Origin: Blasia pusilla
Lineage: Eukaryota
DNA length: 64,000 nucleotides
Assembly (NCBI GenBank): GCA_050084515.1
Contig: CM114271.1
Location: 35,154,001 to 35,218,000, forward strand
Reading direction: 5' to 3'
Shown here: one piece after another, positions 40,750 through 53,011 of the stretch
How positions within the stretch are numbered: the first letter of the stretch is position 1
Layout: every line of letters begins with the position of its first letter
The notes under the pieces: generated by a model
The model's input: only the letters and a program-made list of their open reading frames with translations
What the model was told of the DNA's origin: nothing
The model's database searches: none
Translations under genes and position numbers: made by a program

Positions 40750-42260
40750 GTAACACGCTAGTAACATGTTGTGCGCATACACATCGTTACACAATCCATA
40801 TCGATGGTCACATCTACACACCACACAACACCAATCTTCCCTAACGTACAGATAGATCCACACATAAACAAAAGATACTCACGCATATAAGAGTGAGGAA
40901 GATGGCTTTCCCAAGCCATCTTTCTCATGTAAAATCAAGAGTAGTAAAAATGGCTCATCCGGCCTAAAAATCCATTCATGAATCTACATCGGCATATCGA
41001 ACCACATCCACCCTGTGTTATGAGGAAATCCGGATGCTGACATCCTAACTCCTACATACCCACACTTGTCTATGCAGGAGAGACGCTCCTAAGGCTCAAC
41101 ATGAGAAAGATGGCTTGGGAAGTCCATCTTCCTCACTCTTATACTGTCGTGCGCATACTCTCCTTGAACGTCAATCTTAGTGTTGCGGAAGCGTACGTTC
41201 AGTAGGACACGCTCTCATCGCCAACCTCCACCCAAACGCACTCACGTTAGTCTAGCTTTGGGTCAAGCGACCTTCCAACCCACCGAGTCCTCAACTCAGA
41301 ATATCATCAAGCTCAACCTTCCCTCATTCCTAGGTTCCCTACACGGGCAAGCCTTCCGAGACTTGGGACACACTTTTTGGTTAGTCCAAGAACTTGAAAC
41401 GGTGTTTGCGCGCCTAGTGGTCCCAACTGTCCAACGGACCTCGCATGAGCCCCTAACCAAGACTCCATAATATGAGTCGCAAGTTGGAATTCAAAAGGGA
41501 TCTCCAAAATTCCTCTATTGAACTTGGTTTGGGTTTTTAAGCCCAACACCAAACTCACGATTCGTTCCGTGCCCTTGGGTCGTCCCGCGGTGCCCAAAGT
41601 AGGGTTCGAGTTCCAAGCACTCTTGGAGATCTTCCCCCTTACTAGTACTTCTGGGAAACTCCGGGGTCCCCCTACCTTTGGGAAAGACCACCCAGCCCCT
41701 CTTTTTGGCCCTCAATCCGACTCCTCTTACATTCGGTTTTGGCCCATATCTCAACTGCTACGCAAGCAGTTGCAAAGGTCTTTGGTGCATTGGAGCTGGC
41801 TTGACATAAGCTTTCCAATGCTTCCTTACTTATCCCAAACGCTTCTTAGGACTCACAGTTATGGTCAAAAGTACAATAAAAAACTCCCAAACGCTGGCCG
41901 CGTCTCAAGTCCGGTTTTCACCCCTTGGCGCGTCTCGTCCAAGACTTGACTTCTCTCAAGTCTGAGTACCACATTTGCTTCCGATTTCTTGGTCTTGACC
42001 ACAACTCACAAAAAGTTTGAAACGCTCGCCTCGCTCGCGTCTCGCCCTTGTGTTTCCTTAACTCCCAAAGCGCAAACCATCCTAGCGTCAACTCGCTAGA
42101 GTTCGGATGTTCCGCTTGGCGCTTGTTTGGTTATGAGGGTCGCGACATATACCCTTGGGAAGAGCCAAAAGGCTCTTTCCCCAAAATAGCCCTACCAATG
42201 ATAACATGTATGCATAGGTTATCGGGTGACCGTTGACTCGGTCAATGGGTCACATGTTGG
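40750..42260 (-). repeat. LTR-like repeat (family B), split by the solo LTR at 41145-42147
   Basis: 40770-41144 plus 42153-42190 is the reverse-complement homologue of 46340-46740 (TATAAG..GATG..TTCCAAGCCATCTT; GTGGATCTATC; GTGTTGTGTGGTGTG). Ends are approximate. Confidence 0.65.
41145..42147 (-). mobile_element. Solo LTR (family A), 1003 bp
   Basis: Termini TGTCG...CGACA; perfect TSD TATAC (41140-41144 / 42148-42152); reverse-complement homologue of 44587-45578. Confidence 0.93.
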
Positions 42261-42791
42261 ACTAAAACCAAAATAGGGAAATCACCATAAACAACGTTCC
42301 CGACATAAAAGACTTGTCTCCAACCTCATCCGACATCTTGGGATGAAGTTACACCCAAACAACCCGCTGATTCCCTATGCTATTGACGTGATAGAACTCT
42401 ACCTACGTCGAAATAAGATATAACAAACAATATGTATAACTACTTTTGGGGTTCTCTTTATATGCAGAATCTTCAATCAAACGGATGAAAAGAAAAGAGG
42501 AGTTTGATGCATATGAATGGAAGGCAACTATCAAGCTTCGAGAGCGAGCAGGAATGAAGCTAGTTGTTGAGGTCACCAATGAGGTTGAGATAGTCTATGG
42601 ATGTGGTGGGAAAAGCAGTCAGTTTGATGATGTGAAGATGTTTGTGCACTGTCTTTTAGACATAGATATTTTTGATGTTTGTAAGCAACAAAATCCTGAT
42701 TTGAAATGAGTTTGTAGAGACATTAATGCTTGTTATGATTACTCGGGTGGGCAAATTAGTGAAAATTTATGGAGAAACGTTCTCCAAGATA

Positions 42792-43008
<217 letters not shown>

Positions 43009-44586
43009 CTTAAGAGGATGTTGAGAGAGGCAGGGAGTGCTCCTGACTTCATATTGTCATGGACTTTGGAGGAAAGAAAGGGGGACAAGTCCATCCTTGC
43101 ACGAGATTGAAGAATCCTTGGGAACAATGAAAGGATCCCCAACCCAACTAACGGTGAACAAGGTTTATCCCATATACATTCTATTGATAATTAAAGTGAA
43201 GTTCAATCTTACTTTTGAAAATCCAACTTTTGCTCTTAGTTAGTGTACTCTTGTATGTATTGAGTTGAGTGCACAAAAATATGTGGGAAAATTGTAGCTT
43301 TAATACTGACGTACTTAATCATTTTCCAGCAAGGTAATTAATTGTTTATGCAAACATGTGGTTTCGAGTTCTAATCTATATCCTTATGTATGTAGAGTGG
43401 CATTTCTTCATTGACAAACCGAATTGAAGTGGTAGAGAAAGATTTGGGATGCCTTAAAAGTGGCATGGACAAATTGATATATGGGTATGATGACAAAGTT
43501 GAAGGGCTTAGTAACTAAGGGCCAAATGTACATCAACATAGTCTACTCCTAAGATTCTAGAAGTTGCTCCAGGAGTTGTGGTAACTCCTATCCCATCACT
43601 TGTAGCACCGGTTGATAGTAAAGATCCACACCCTATCTCTACTCTACCAAAGCCTTTAGAGATCTCCAAAAAGACTTTGCCATGTACCACTGATCGAAGG
43701 TAATAAAGAGACTTAGATATCTTGTCTTGATGTGGTAGATTTAGAGGCCGCCCAAAGGGAGCCTATTGATCCTCTAAGTATAGTTCCTGAATGTGAAAAC
43801 AAGCAAAAGGAAGGCCTACCACAAGCTGTGAAGAGCAAGGGGAAGACCAAGGCTCCAACACTTTTGGAGAGAAAAGAGAGGAACATTGTAAGTTTCATTT
43901 TCCATGTACAAATATTTCCTTACATAATTTTTGTGCTTTTGTTTGTCTGAAATTTACAACATGGGAGTTATAAGTAGTGATTCAATTTTACATTGATGAA
44001 ACCCTTACAGCATATTGACTACTCATAAAAAATTCCCAGGTTTGGTTGGAGTTTTATGAAGGTAACATTTCTTATGTTGTGGACAATATCTTGAAGAAGA
44101 ATATGTTTTTCCTACATATGAAACAATTGAACTATGCAAACTAATGATTATAGTCATTCATATATTGTGCAGTTGGAAATTGGAGACGAGGTTTTCTTGC
44201 CGCGAAATAGGAAAGGGTGGCAACATTTAGGTAGAGCTAAGATATCAAGCCTTGCTGGTAGAGAAAAATGCCACAGTAAAGTAATACCATTTGGAGTTCT
44301 TAAGATGGACATTTAGACAGTTTGAGATCCTGATGATGAGCTATCTTATCCAAATCTGGAGGATGACCCACCACAAATATTGGTTGTTGATGCTTGAGGT
44401 ACTTCAGTATTGTGGTTGGAGAGGTCATTAAAGAAAATTTTTCCTGCTCCTTAGTGCTTACTTTTATGGATAGGAAGCACATTTTTGTGCTTGTTGATCA
44501 ACAACATCTCTTGTGTTGATCATAACTCTTCTATGTTAGGTTTTCTATTTCGTATGAAAAATGAAGACTTTCCTCATGAGATTCAC

Positions 44587-45900
44587 TGTCGCGACCCTTA
44601 TGACCAAACGAATGCCAAAGTGGAACATCGGAACACTAGCGGGCTCACACTAAGATGGTTTGCGCGTTGGAGTGGTCTCGGAGAAGAGACAAGAGTTGAA
44701 ACGCAAGCAAGGCTTCGCGTTTCATGTGTTGTGGTCGCAACTGAGAAACCTGGACCAAACGCGGATCAAGACTTTAGAGAAGTCAAGTCTAGGAAGTGGG
44801 TTGCCAAAGAAGGTGATCCGGATTTGGGACGCCACTAGCGCTTGGGAGTTTCCAACTATATTTATGGCCATAATATTTAGTTCCAAGATGCGTTTGGGAC
44901 AAATTAGGATGTGTTGGAAAGCTTATGAAAAGCCGGTTCAGACGTGCTAAAGATCTCTAGAAACGCACTAGTAACGGCTCAAAAACAACTGTAAGTAGAG
45001 TCAGGTTGAGGGCCAAAATGAAGGGCCCGACCATCCTTTCCCAAAGGAAGGGGGAGGGTGGAGATCTCCAGAAGTACTAGTAAAGGGAAAGGTCTCCAAG
45101 GGTGCTTGGGATTCGAACCCCACTTTGGACGTCATGGGGCGGCTCAAGGTCATGGAATGGATCGGGAGTTTGGAGTTGGGCTTGAAAACCTGAACCAAGT
45201 CTATTGAGGTGAATTTTAGAGATCCCTCTTGGATTCTAACCCGCGACTCAATTACTTGGATCCCGGTTAGGAACTCGCACGAGGTCCGTTGAACAATTGG
45301 GACGGCTAGGCGCGCAAGTGCCATTTTAGGTACCTGGACTAACCAGAAAGTCTGTTCCAAGTCTTGAAGGACTTGCCGTGTTGGGAACCTAGGAATGAGG
45401 GAAGGTTGAGCTTGATGAGATGCCGAGTTGAGGACTCGGTGGGTTGGAAGGCTGCTTGACCCAAAGCCAGACTAACGATGAGTGCGTTTGGGTGCAGGTT
45501 GGCGATGAGAGCGTGTCCTACTGAGCATACGCTTCCGCAACACTAAGATTGACGTTCGAGGAGAATAGGCGCACGATAAGTGGTATTAGAGCTAATCCTT
45601 GGTGAGCGAGAATTTGGGGTCGTGGGATCGACCGGACGCTTGGGGAAACTCAAGGTAGCGGCTAGGTCCAGACGCTGAGTGAGACGGCTTGAAGATGGCG
45701 ATCAAGGGAGACGAACCCAAGAAGCGCTGAAGAGATTCTCCGTTTCTTTTGGCGAATGGACGTGAGCCAGAAGGGCCTCTTGACTTGGCCCTTTTGAAGG
45801 GTACTACATTGGCACGGACACGACAAGTGACGGCAGAAGGTTTGTTTGTTAGTGGAGATGCGAGAACGGGAAGATGCACTTGTTGGCTTGCCCACACTCA
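44587..45900 (+). mobile_element. Family A 5' LTR (44587-45578) with PBS and truncated leader
   Basis: TGTCGCGACC...GCACGATA followed by AG-TGGTATTAGAGC (PBS-Met with one change, 45581-45592). No internal ORFs or 3' LTR were found downstream. Confidence 0.85.
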
Positions 45901-46339
45901 ATCACGTCACAATTGACACTGATTTCCTCACCATAATCATCTCAAGAACTCAGTCCCTATAATTTGATCCTCAATTGCTCCACTCTTGAGCAACTCCACC
46001 ACAATTGAGAAGCCTTCCCCTCTTCAATTCCTATGAAGAAATCTGGACGCCCAGGGTTCTACCATTTCAGGGTCCAGTGTATAGTAGGAACTAGGGTTCT
46101 AGCGTCCAGATTCCTTGATGGTGAATGTGGCTTGATATCCCACTGGAATCTGGACGTCCAGGGTTCTACCATTTCACAGATTTCTCAATTTTGAACGTCG
46201 AACTTTGATTTCAACAATTCTTATGCCCCATGTCCTCCCACATAGTCATGATATACTAGCTTGCAATTCGTGCAAACCTGCGCCATCTCACACGTCCTCT
46301 ACATTTGAAATTGAGTCCTACTTTGAAATTTTCCTACTA

Positions 46340-46740
46340 TTTTTGGGGGAAGAGCCTTTTGGCTTAGAGTCTTCCTAAGGCTATAAGAAAGCGAGAGATG
46401 ACATTTCCAAGCCATCTTTATGATGTTGGGCCTTAGAGGAACTTCTCTTGCTTTGTGTATAGTAGGAACTAGGGTTCTAGCGTCCAGATTCCTTGATAGT
46501 GGAGGGTGAATGTGGCTTGATATCCCAACGTAGATTCAAGAATGGAGTTGGCCGTGTGAGCCATTTTTAATCTGATTTTGGCCGTGTGTACATACATGAG
46601 TTCATTTCTAGCAATTGTATGTATGTGGATCTATCCATATGTTGGGAAGATTAGTGTTGTGTGGTGTGGATGTGACGAGCGATGTAGATTGCGTAGCCAT
46701 GTGTATGTGCACGAAATGCTCGTGCAAGAAAAACGTAGGA
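46340..46740 (+). repeat. LTR-like repeat (family B) fragment
   Basis: Homologous to 40770-42190 in the opposite orientation. Confidence 0.6.
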
Positions 46741-47393
46741 GAGGCTTGTCGTGCGAATCCACATTGTCATACAACATACATCGCCGATATACCATACTCA
46801 CATACAAACATAACATAGACGAGAGCATCCACAAACAGAAGTGTACCACAACTGAAAGACTGTGAAAGACCTACTGTCGTAAAATATGTATCGAATCTCA
46901 TACAATCGAGCCAAACCCACTCCACGATGGGAGAATCCAGGTCGAAGCTTGCGGGAACCACCATAGCCAAGAGCTCTACTCACTACCAAGGCTAACTCCC
47001 AACGCAACAGGCTCAACTCAAAGAACTAACTGTTCTTTGAGTGCACTCCACACTATATCCTCCAACCTAAGAGCGGGCCCTACTGGAAAAGTCACCCTCA
47101 ACTGAATAACCCCCAATCCTATGTATGAAACCGCATCTCTACCTAGACACTACGACCCTTCATAAGGTATGGCCTCTACTAGCACAGTATACTCTACGAC
47201 ATAATCCGTATGGTCATGACAGTTGTCGTGCGAATCCACATCATCATACAACATACATCGCTGACATACCATACTCACATACCTACATAACATAGACGAG
47301 AACATCCACAAACACAAGTGTACCACAACTCGCCCCCCTAACAGGGGGTTAGGTCTCTCTAACTCCCAAGTAGCCCTATACATCTACTACAAG

Positions 47394-49074
47394 CTATACA
47401 CCTTCGTGGGTGCACGAATCAGAAGGCCGGGTGCTAGGTTGCCCCATCGTTAGTCGCACATAAGTACATCGAGGACAAAACCACCTTCTAGTAGGAACAA
47501 CATCCATACGTGGAGTCAAACACATCATGTGCCAACCCCTAGAACACCGATCACACACCAACATACGGGCTGCGTTACCAGCAGACCCACACAACATGCA
47601 CCTCAAGCTAGCACGTATCATGGTTAAGCTTGGGTCAACAGTACCATCCACATTTGGAAGATGACATGGCGTACAATTACGCACATGGTCCTTCCAAACA
47701 ACTCCATCACGACCCTCCAACATGAGAACTCCAGAAGCTAACACCTCGCCCACTCGTAAAATAGTGCGGCCTGCCATCACATCCAACGTTGTCGGTGCAA
47801 TCTGCTGCAAATAGACATAGCCCTCCACATGGAATCTACAAATTGATGGTTGATAACCTCCATCCCAAATGGTTGCATACCGCAACGTATCCATGTGTTG
47901 AGCAATGGCAAGATTCTCAAAGGCTATCGACATAACTCTCCGAAAGAGCTCTGCCTGCTGAGAACACACTCTCATCCACATCTCTGGGTAATCAAGGTTT
48001 ACCACCTCACTGGACTCCCGAATAATTGCTGCGGGCAAGTCTGGATCTCGGCTGTATAACAAAAAATAAGGTGAGAAGGAAGCCAAGGATCCTTGGCGAC
48101 TGAACCTATACCCCATGGCTAACCATGGCAACTGAATATCCCAGTCTCCAAGATACCCCTTCTCTAGGCCATACTTGCGCAATGCCCTCTTCACCGTCTG
48201 AACCACACGCTCAGCCAAACCGTCCGTCTCTGGATGATCTCGAGACCTGGTCTGATGGATCAATCAACGCCTTGTCACACAAGACCTGAAACTCACCCTG
48301 AAACTCTCTACCCTGGTCGGTTAGCACTTCAGCTGGTGCACCAAAATGACTAAGCACTCTATCAAGAAATGCATGCGACGTTCCTTCACTTGCCTTGTCA
48401 GGTAATGCCACCAACTCAATCCACTTGGAGAAGTGCTCCACCATCACCAACACATATCGATGATGTCGTACACTCAACGGTAACGATCCCGCAAAGTCCA
48501 CACTCCAATGATAACCCAACCCCATAATAGGCAAGGGATGTAACTGTGGTATAGGGGCATTGAATGATGCCCTCACCCGGTCACAAACCATACAACGTGA
48601 CACCAACTGCTGCACCTAAGTCTGCATGCCACGCCACCAATACTGACCAAGGAGTAAGCTATACATACGCTTTACCCCAAAATGTCCCAACTCCTCATGG
48701 GCATGTCGCACAATGCACTCTCTCTGAGCCAAATGCAACACTACTCGTACTCTACCATCCTCCCACATATGGAGAATATGTGTTCCCTCCAATCGATATC
48801 TCTTAGCACGTTGAAGAACACGGTCTCGCTCCTTGGGACTCACTATGCCTGGCATCCTACTGGTCCGTAGGAACTCCAACACCAACGCATCATCATGAAT
48901 ATCACACTGATCCGTACCACCATCTCCAACCTTAGGATCTGAAGGTTGGCCATCTACCCTCTGACTAGAGTAAGATGTCATGTGGTCCTCCATACTAGAG
49001 TCCACCCCTAACCAACAAAAAAAGGCGGATGCATGCCAACCTGACACCATCTCCTCATCAACCTCCCATGCCAT
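47394..49074 (-). pseudogene. Gypsy integrase (HHCC + DDE) with C-terminal PHD finger (47466-47600)
   Basis: HAHEELGHFGV...CMVC; DFAG, TDQGREF, GLAER; PHD C4HC3 CMLC-x11-CDRC-x4-HMMC-x14-CPRC with the typical P..W.C ending. One stop and one frameshift. Confidence 0.93.
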
Positions 49075-49163
49075 CTAGCCCCAGTTGCATCCTCTTGGCT
49101 AGTACATGGGTTCCTACTCAACCCATCAGCATCAAGGTTGGCAACTCCAGGTCTATGTACCAC

Positions 49164-50450
49164 CTAGAAGTCATACTCCTGTAAGATAAGAGCCCACCGT
49201 GCAAGCTTCCATGTAAGCTTGTCAAACTCCATCAACCACTTGAGCGGCTGGTGATCAGTAACAAGGGTAAACTGTGTGCCAAACAAGTAACACCTAAAGT
49301 GTGCCACAACCCACACTACTGCCAAGCACTCTCCCTCATATGAACTGTAGCGCAACTCCGCTGCATTATTCGAACGACTTACATAGGCCACCACAAACTC
49401 CATGTGCTCATCATCATGTTGTATCAACACCGCTCCAAGTCCCAACCTACTCCAATCAGTGTGTAACTGAAATGGGTGCCCTCTGATAGGTCTCCTCACG
49501 ATAGGCGCCGTCACCAACTGGGCCTTGAGCTCCACAAAAGCTCTCTCCTAATCATCTCCCCAGTGCCACTCCTGATCTGATTTCAGCAATTAGTTCAAAG
49601 GCTTTGCCATAACACTAAATCCCTTCACATACCTCCGATAGTAGTTCGCCAATCCCATGAATGCCCGAACTCTACTCACATCTACCAGACAAGGAATAAG
49701 TGCAATAGCCTCCACCTTTGCTTGCTGAACTCCCAAACCACCTGGATAGATCACATGACCCAAGTACTCAACATCCTCATGGAAGAACTTACACTTTCTT
49801 GGATGCAAACGTAGACCATGAGCTTTCAACCGCTCAAACACAATCTGCAAATGTATCTGATGCTCCTCTAGCGTGTTACTGAACACCAAGATATCATCAA
49901 TGTAACACTGAACAAAATCTAACCTTGCAAGGATCCTGTCCATCACTCTCTGAAACTCGGCAGGTGCATTCTTCAACCCAAAGGGTAAGAATTTCCACTG
50001 GTACAAACAATCCTTGCCATGAGAGTTGACACCCCAAAATGCTGTCTTGGCCTTGTCACTCTCTCGAATCGGCAACTGATGGTATCCTGTCCGAAGATCC
50101 AAAGTATTGAAAATTTTTGCATGTCCCATCATATCAAAGATCTCCTCAGGTGTAGGCATGGCATACCTATCACCCTTGGTTTGATGATTGATATGACGGT
50201 AATCTCCACACATATGCATCCGCCTATCCGTGTAGTTGCCATGCACATCCTTTTTAGCAAGCATGACTGTGGCTGATGCATACTCTCCATGCGACAACTC
50301 CACTAATCCAGCCTCCAAAAGGTCCAACGTCCTTCTCTGAATCAGGTCCCTCTCCATATCACTATATCCGTAGGGACGACGGAAGATTGGAGAATCACTA
50401 GCCAAATCAATCCGTATACCGGGTCCATCCAAAGCGCCCAACTCCTTCAT
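49164..50450 (-). pseudogene. Gypsy reverse transcriptase and RNase H
   Basis: MCGDYR, LDLRTGYHQ, KTAF, LPFGLKNAPAEFQR, YIDDILV; RNase H LHTDWS, YSSYEGECLA, TDHQPL, KLARWALILQEYDF. Confidence 0.96.
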
Positions 50451-50859
50451 GCTAAAGGCAAAATAACTCCTATAAGCACGTAGAAATTATGTCAATCGTT
50501 GTTTCTCACCTCCCGTAAGCTTGGGCCCTAGTAATAGATCCCAAGTCTCCTCCATTGGTACACTAGAGGGAGAGGACGACGCCATTGGCTGCTATGCAAC
50601 CCCCTCACAAGATGGTCCACCCTTATCTACACCATCATCTGAGCAAATAACTCCTCCACCAGCATGAGCAACCAACTCCACATGCCCAGCCATTACATCC
50701 CATTTACTCCAAGGATGCAAAATACTATTCTCCTCGCCCCCAACCGATGTCTCTACCGTCTTGGTAGCCATCGAGCTCATCACAAGGGGTGGAAGAGCCA
50801 CACACATAGTCCGAAGTCGACGTTGCTCGGTCATACCAACACTCAAAATCCAAGTCAAA

Positions 50860-51450
50860 CAATTCAAGTCCATGGCCTGACCCAACACATGAAGTCGTGA
50901 AGCCTCAGAAATGGAAGCAACCGTTGTCACACGAGTAGCAAATCCCATCGCACGCTCTCTCTCATCCAAGATACTATCCACTATAAGGCAAGGATCCCGC
51001 TGCAGTGCATCACATGCTCGACGTAGAACCTCCCTAGGCAACAAGTTTGTCCACCACAAGAGTGGACGATGTGCACGCGAGCCAACTCTCGCTGCATCCA
51101 ACAACACCGCTGGTCCAATCCAAGACCGCACCTCATGAACACTTGCCATCATCCGGGTCCAAGTGTCACCCAACAATGGAAAATTCTCCAGAATGTAAGC
51201 TGGAGCACGTGCCTGATGAACCTGAAGATGTCGTAACACCCGTAACATCTCCCAAAATAATCGAGACCTAGGGTTATGTAATCCCTTACCACGACCAACA
51301 CATGTATGACCCTGACATGGCCATCCAGCAATCACCAAATCCACAGGACCATCCTCTCAAGGTCCTTCGCCCCCAACAATGCAATGTGTGATGGCAAAGC
51401 ACGCTGGTACCCACAAATAGATGATGGCGGCAAAAACTCAGGATATGTCC
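50860..51450 (-). pseudogene. C5-cytosine DNA methyltransferase domain within Gypsy pol, motifs IV-X
   Basis: VDLVIAGWPCQG (motif IV, Cys codon 51315-51317), RSRLF (V), YILENF (VI), SRAHRP.LWWTN (VIII), ERERAMGF (IX), VLGQAMD (X). Confidence 0.92.
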
Positions 51451-51546
51451 GTGTTGCGATTTTTCACGTCCGGACTTCCGTAACATTCGGCACGTCGCCG
51501 TCGAAAGGACGACGAGACCCAACGGTCAGCTCAACGGCTAGAAAAG

Positions 51547-51554
51547 TATAAATA
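51547..51554 (+). promoter_or_regulatory. Candidate TATA box of the insert gene
   Basis: TATAAATA followed by a pyrimidine-rich leader, ~280 bp upstream of the ATG at 51828. Confidence 0.5.
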
Positions 51555-53011
51555 GGGCAGAAGTCGCTTATTTCCGGTTTCTCATTTTGCGATCTTCATT
51601 CCTCACTCCTCACTCTCCCGCGTAGCAGCTGATCAGATACGAAGGGGCATTTCACGCGGCGACACATCGCGAGTCGATAGGACGGAACGAGAGCGAGATG
51701 GTTCGACCGGCGATATCGGGATGATTCGAGCTAACCACCAAGGCGAGACGAGCTCCCATCTCGACATCAGCAAGGCGATTGATCAAGGGATTCGTCGTGG
51801 ACATAGGCGGAGGCATTTCCGGAAAAAATGACGAGGAAAAAAACACAAGCCAACAAGTCCGGGAGCTTCACTCCCAAGTCCATTAGGACTCCTGCGTCAG
51901 CTTCTCTTGCGCCTCGTTCGGCGAATGAAATTAGGCATCAGGAAATCGAGGAGCGGGAAAGGGAAGCGAAGATGCACAACCAAGTGCTTCTGGCGAGACG
52001 TGTTCAAGCGGCGCTAGATAAACAGAACGAAGAGGCCGAGACGTCGCAGGCCTTGAAGAAAAGGATCGCCGACAAAAAGAGAGAAAAGAAGCGTCTGGAC
52101 GCGTCGGTGAGGAGGGCGGAATCGGCTAAAGCGAGGCAGGAAAAAGCGATAGCCATCGACGATAGCCCAGCCCGTCCAACCGCAAGTGTTGAGATGCGGG
52201 AAATGTCCCCCACGAAGTCGGGGGACACAATCAACATAGTGGAAACAACACCAGTTCAACTCGATGACGACGAGGTCATGAGGACCGCCAACGTGGAGAT
52301 GGTGGACATGGCGGAAGAAGCCGGAGAGCGGTCATTCTCGACTCCAAGCCCGGCGGAGGACATCGACCTCTATTGGATCGACGAGTTCCCAGTCGATTTG
52401 CCAGCCCCTGTCTCAGACAAGTTAGCAGGTCAAGAAACCGACTCCATTTTCGAGCGGGTAAGAGAGGTTAGGTTTTCTTAATTATGTGAATTGCAATTCA
52501 TTGGGATTTCGGTGTAGCTTATTCCTCTTGTCCCGGTTCGACGGTGGTAAAGCAGATGGCACTCATGGAGGGCCACAACGCCCGAGGATTCCCACTGCCG
52601 ATTAAGGACAATGGAATACGCCCGCAAAACTGATCCGACGAGGATATCGCAAAGCCAAAACAATCGGCGATTTACAAAGATCCACGTGGGCTTTTCCTCC
52701 CTTCTATATTCAGCCTTACGACGAGCATGGAACCCAAGCTCTGGTTACCGAGGAGGACTTGGAAAATCTCGACACATTCTGGAGGATGCGATTGAGGCCA
52801 CGGAATTCAGCTGGATGAGGAATCTGCATTTCTTCATCTGGGATGGAAATCACAGGTTCATGGCGTGGACCAAGTTTGCGGAGGAGCGCCCCAACTCATT
52901 GGAGGCACATTTCTGCGTGAAGGCAGTGGTCCTTCACCCATACCCTCATCACATGGCGACGGTGGAGATGGCAATGCATGCCATGAACACGTAAGTATCT
53001 TTAACACTTTC

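Noticed and set aside
50592-51344. Host DRM/DNMT3 gene or bacterial contamination
   Set aside because: The domain is intronless and colinear within a Gypsy pol (motif I in frame with the protease linker, RT directly downstream), inside plant nuclear sequence.
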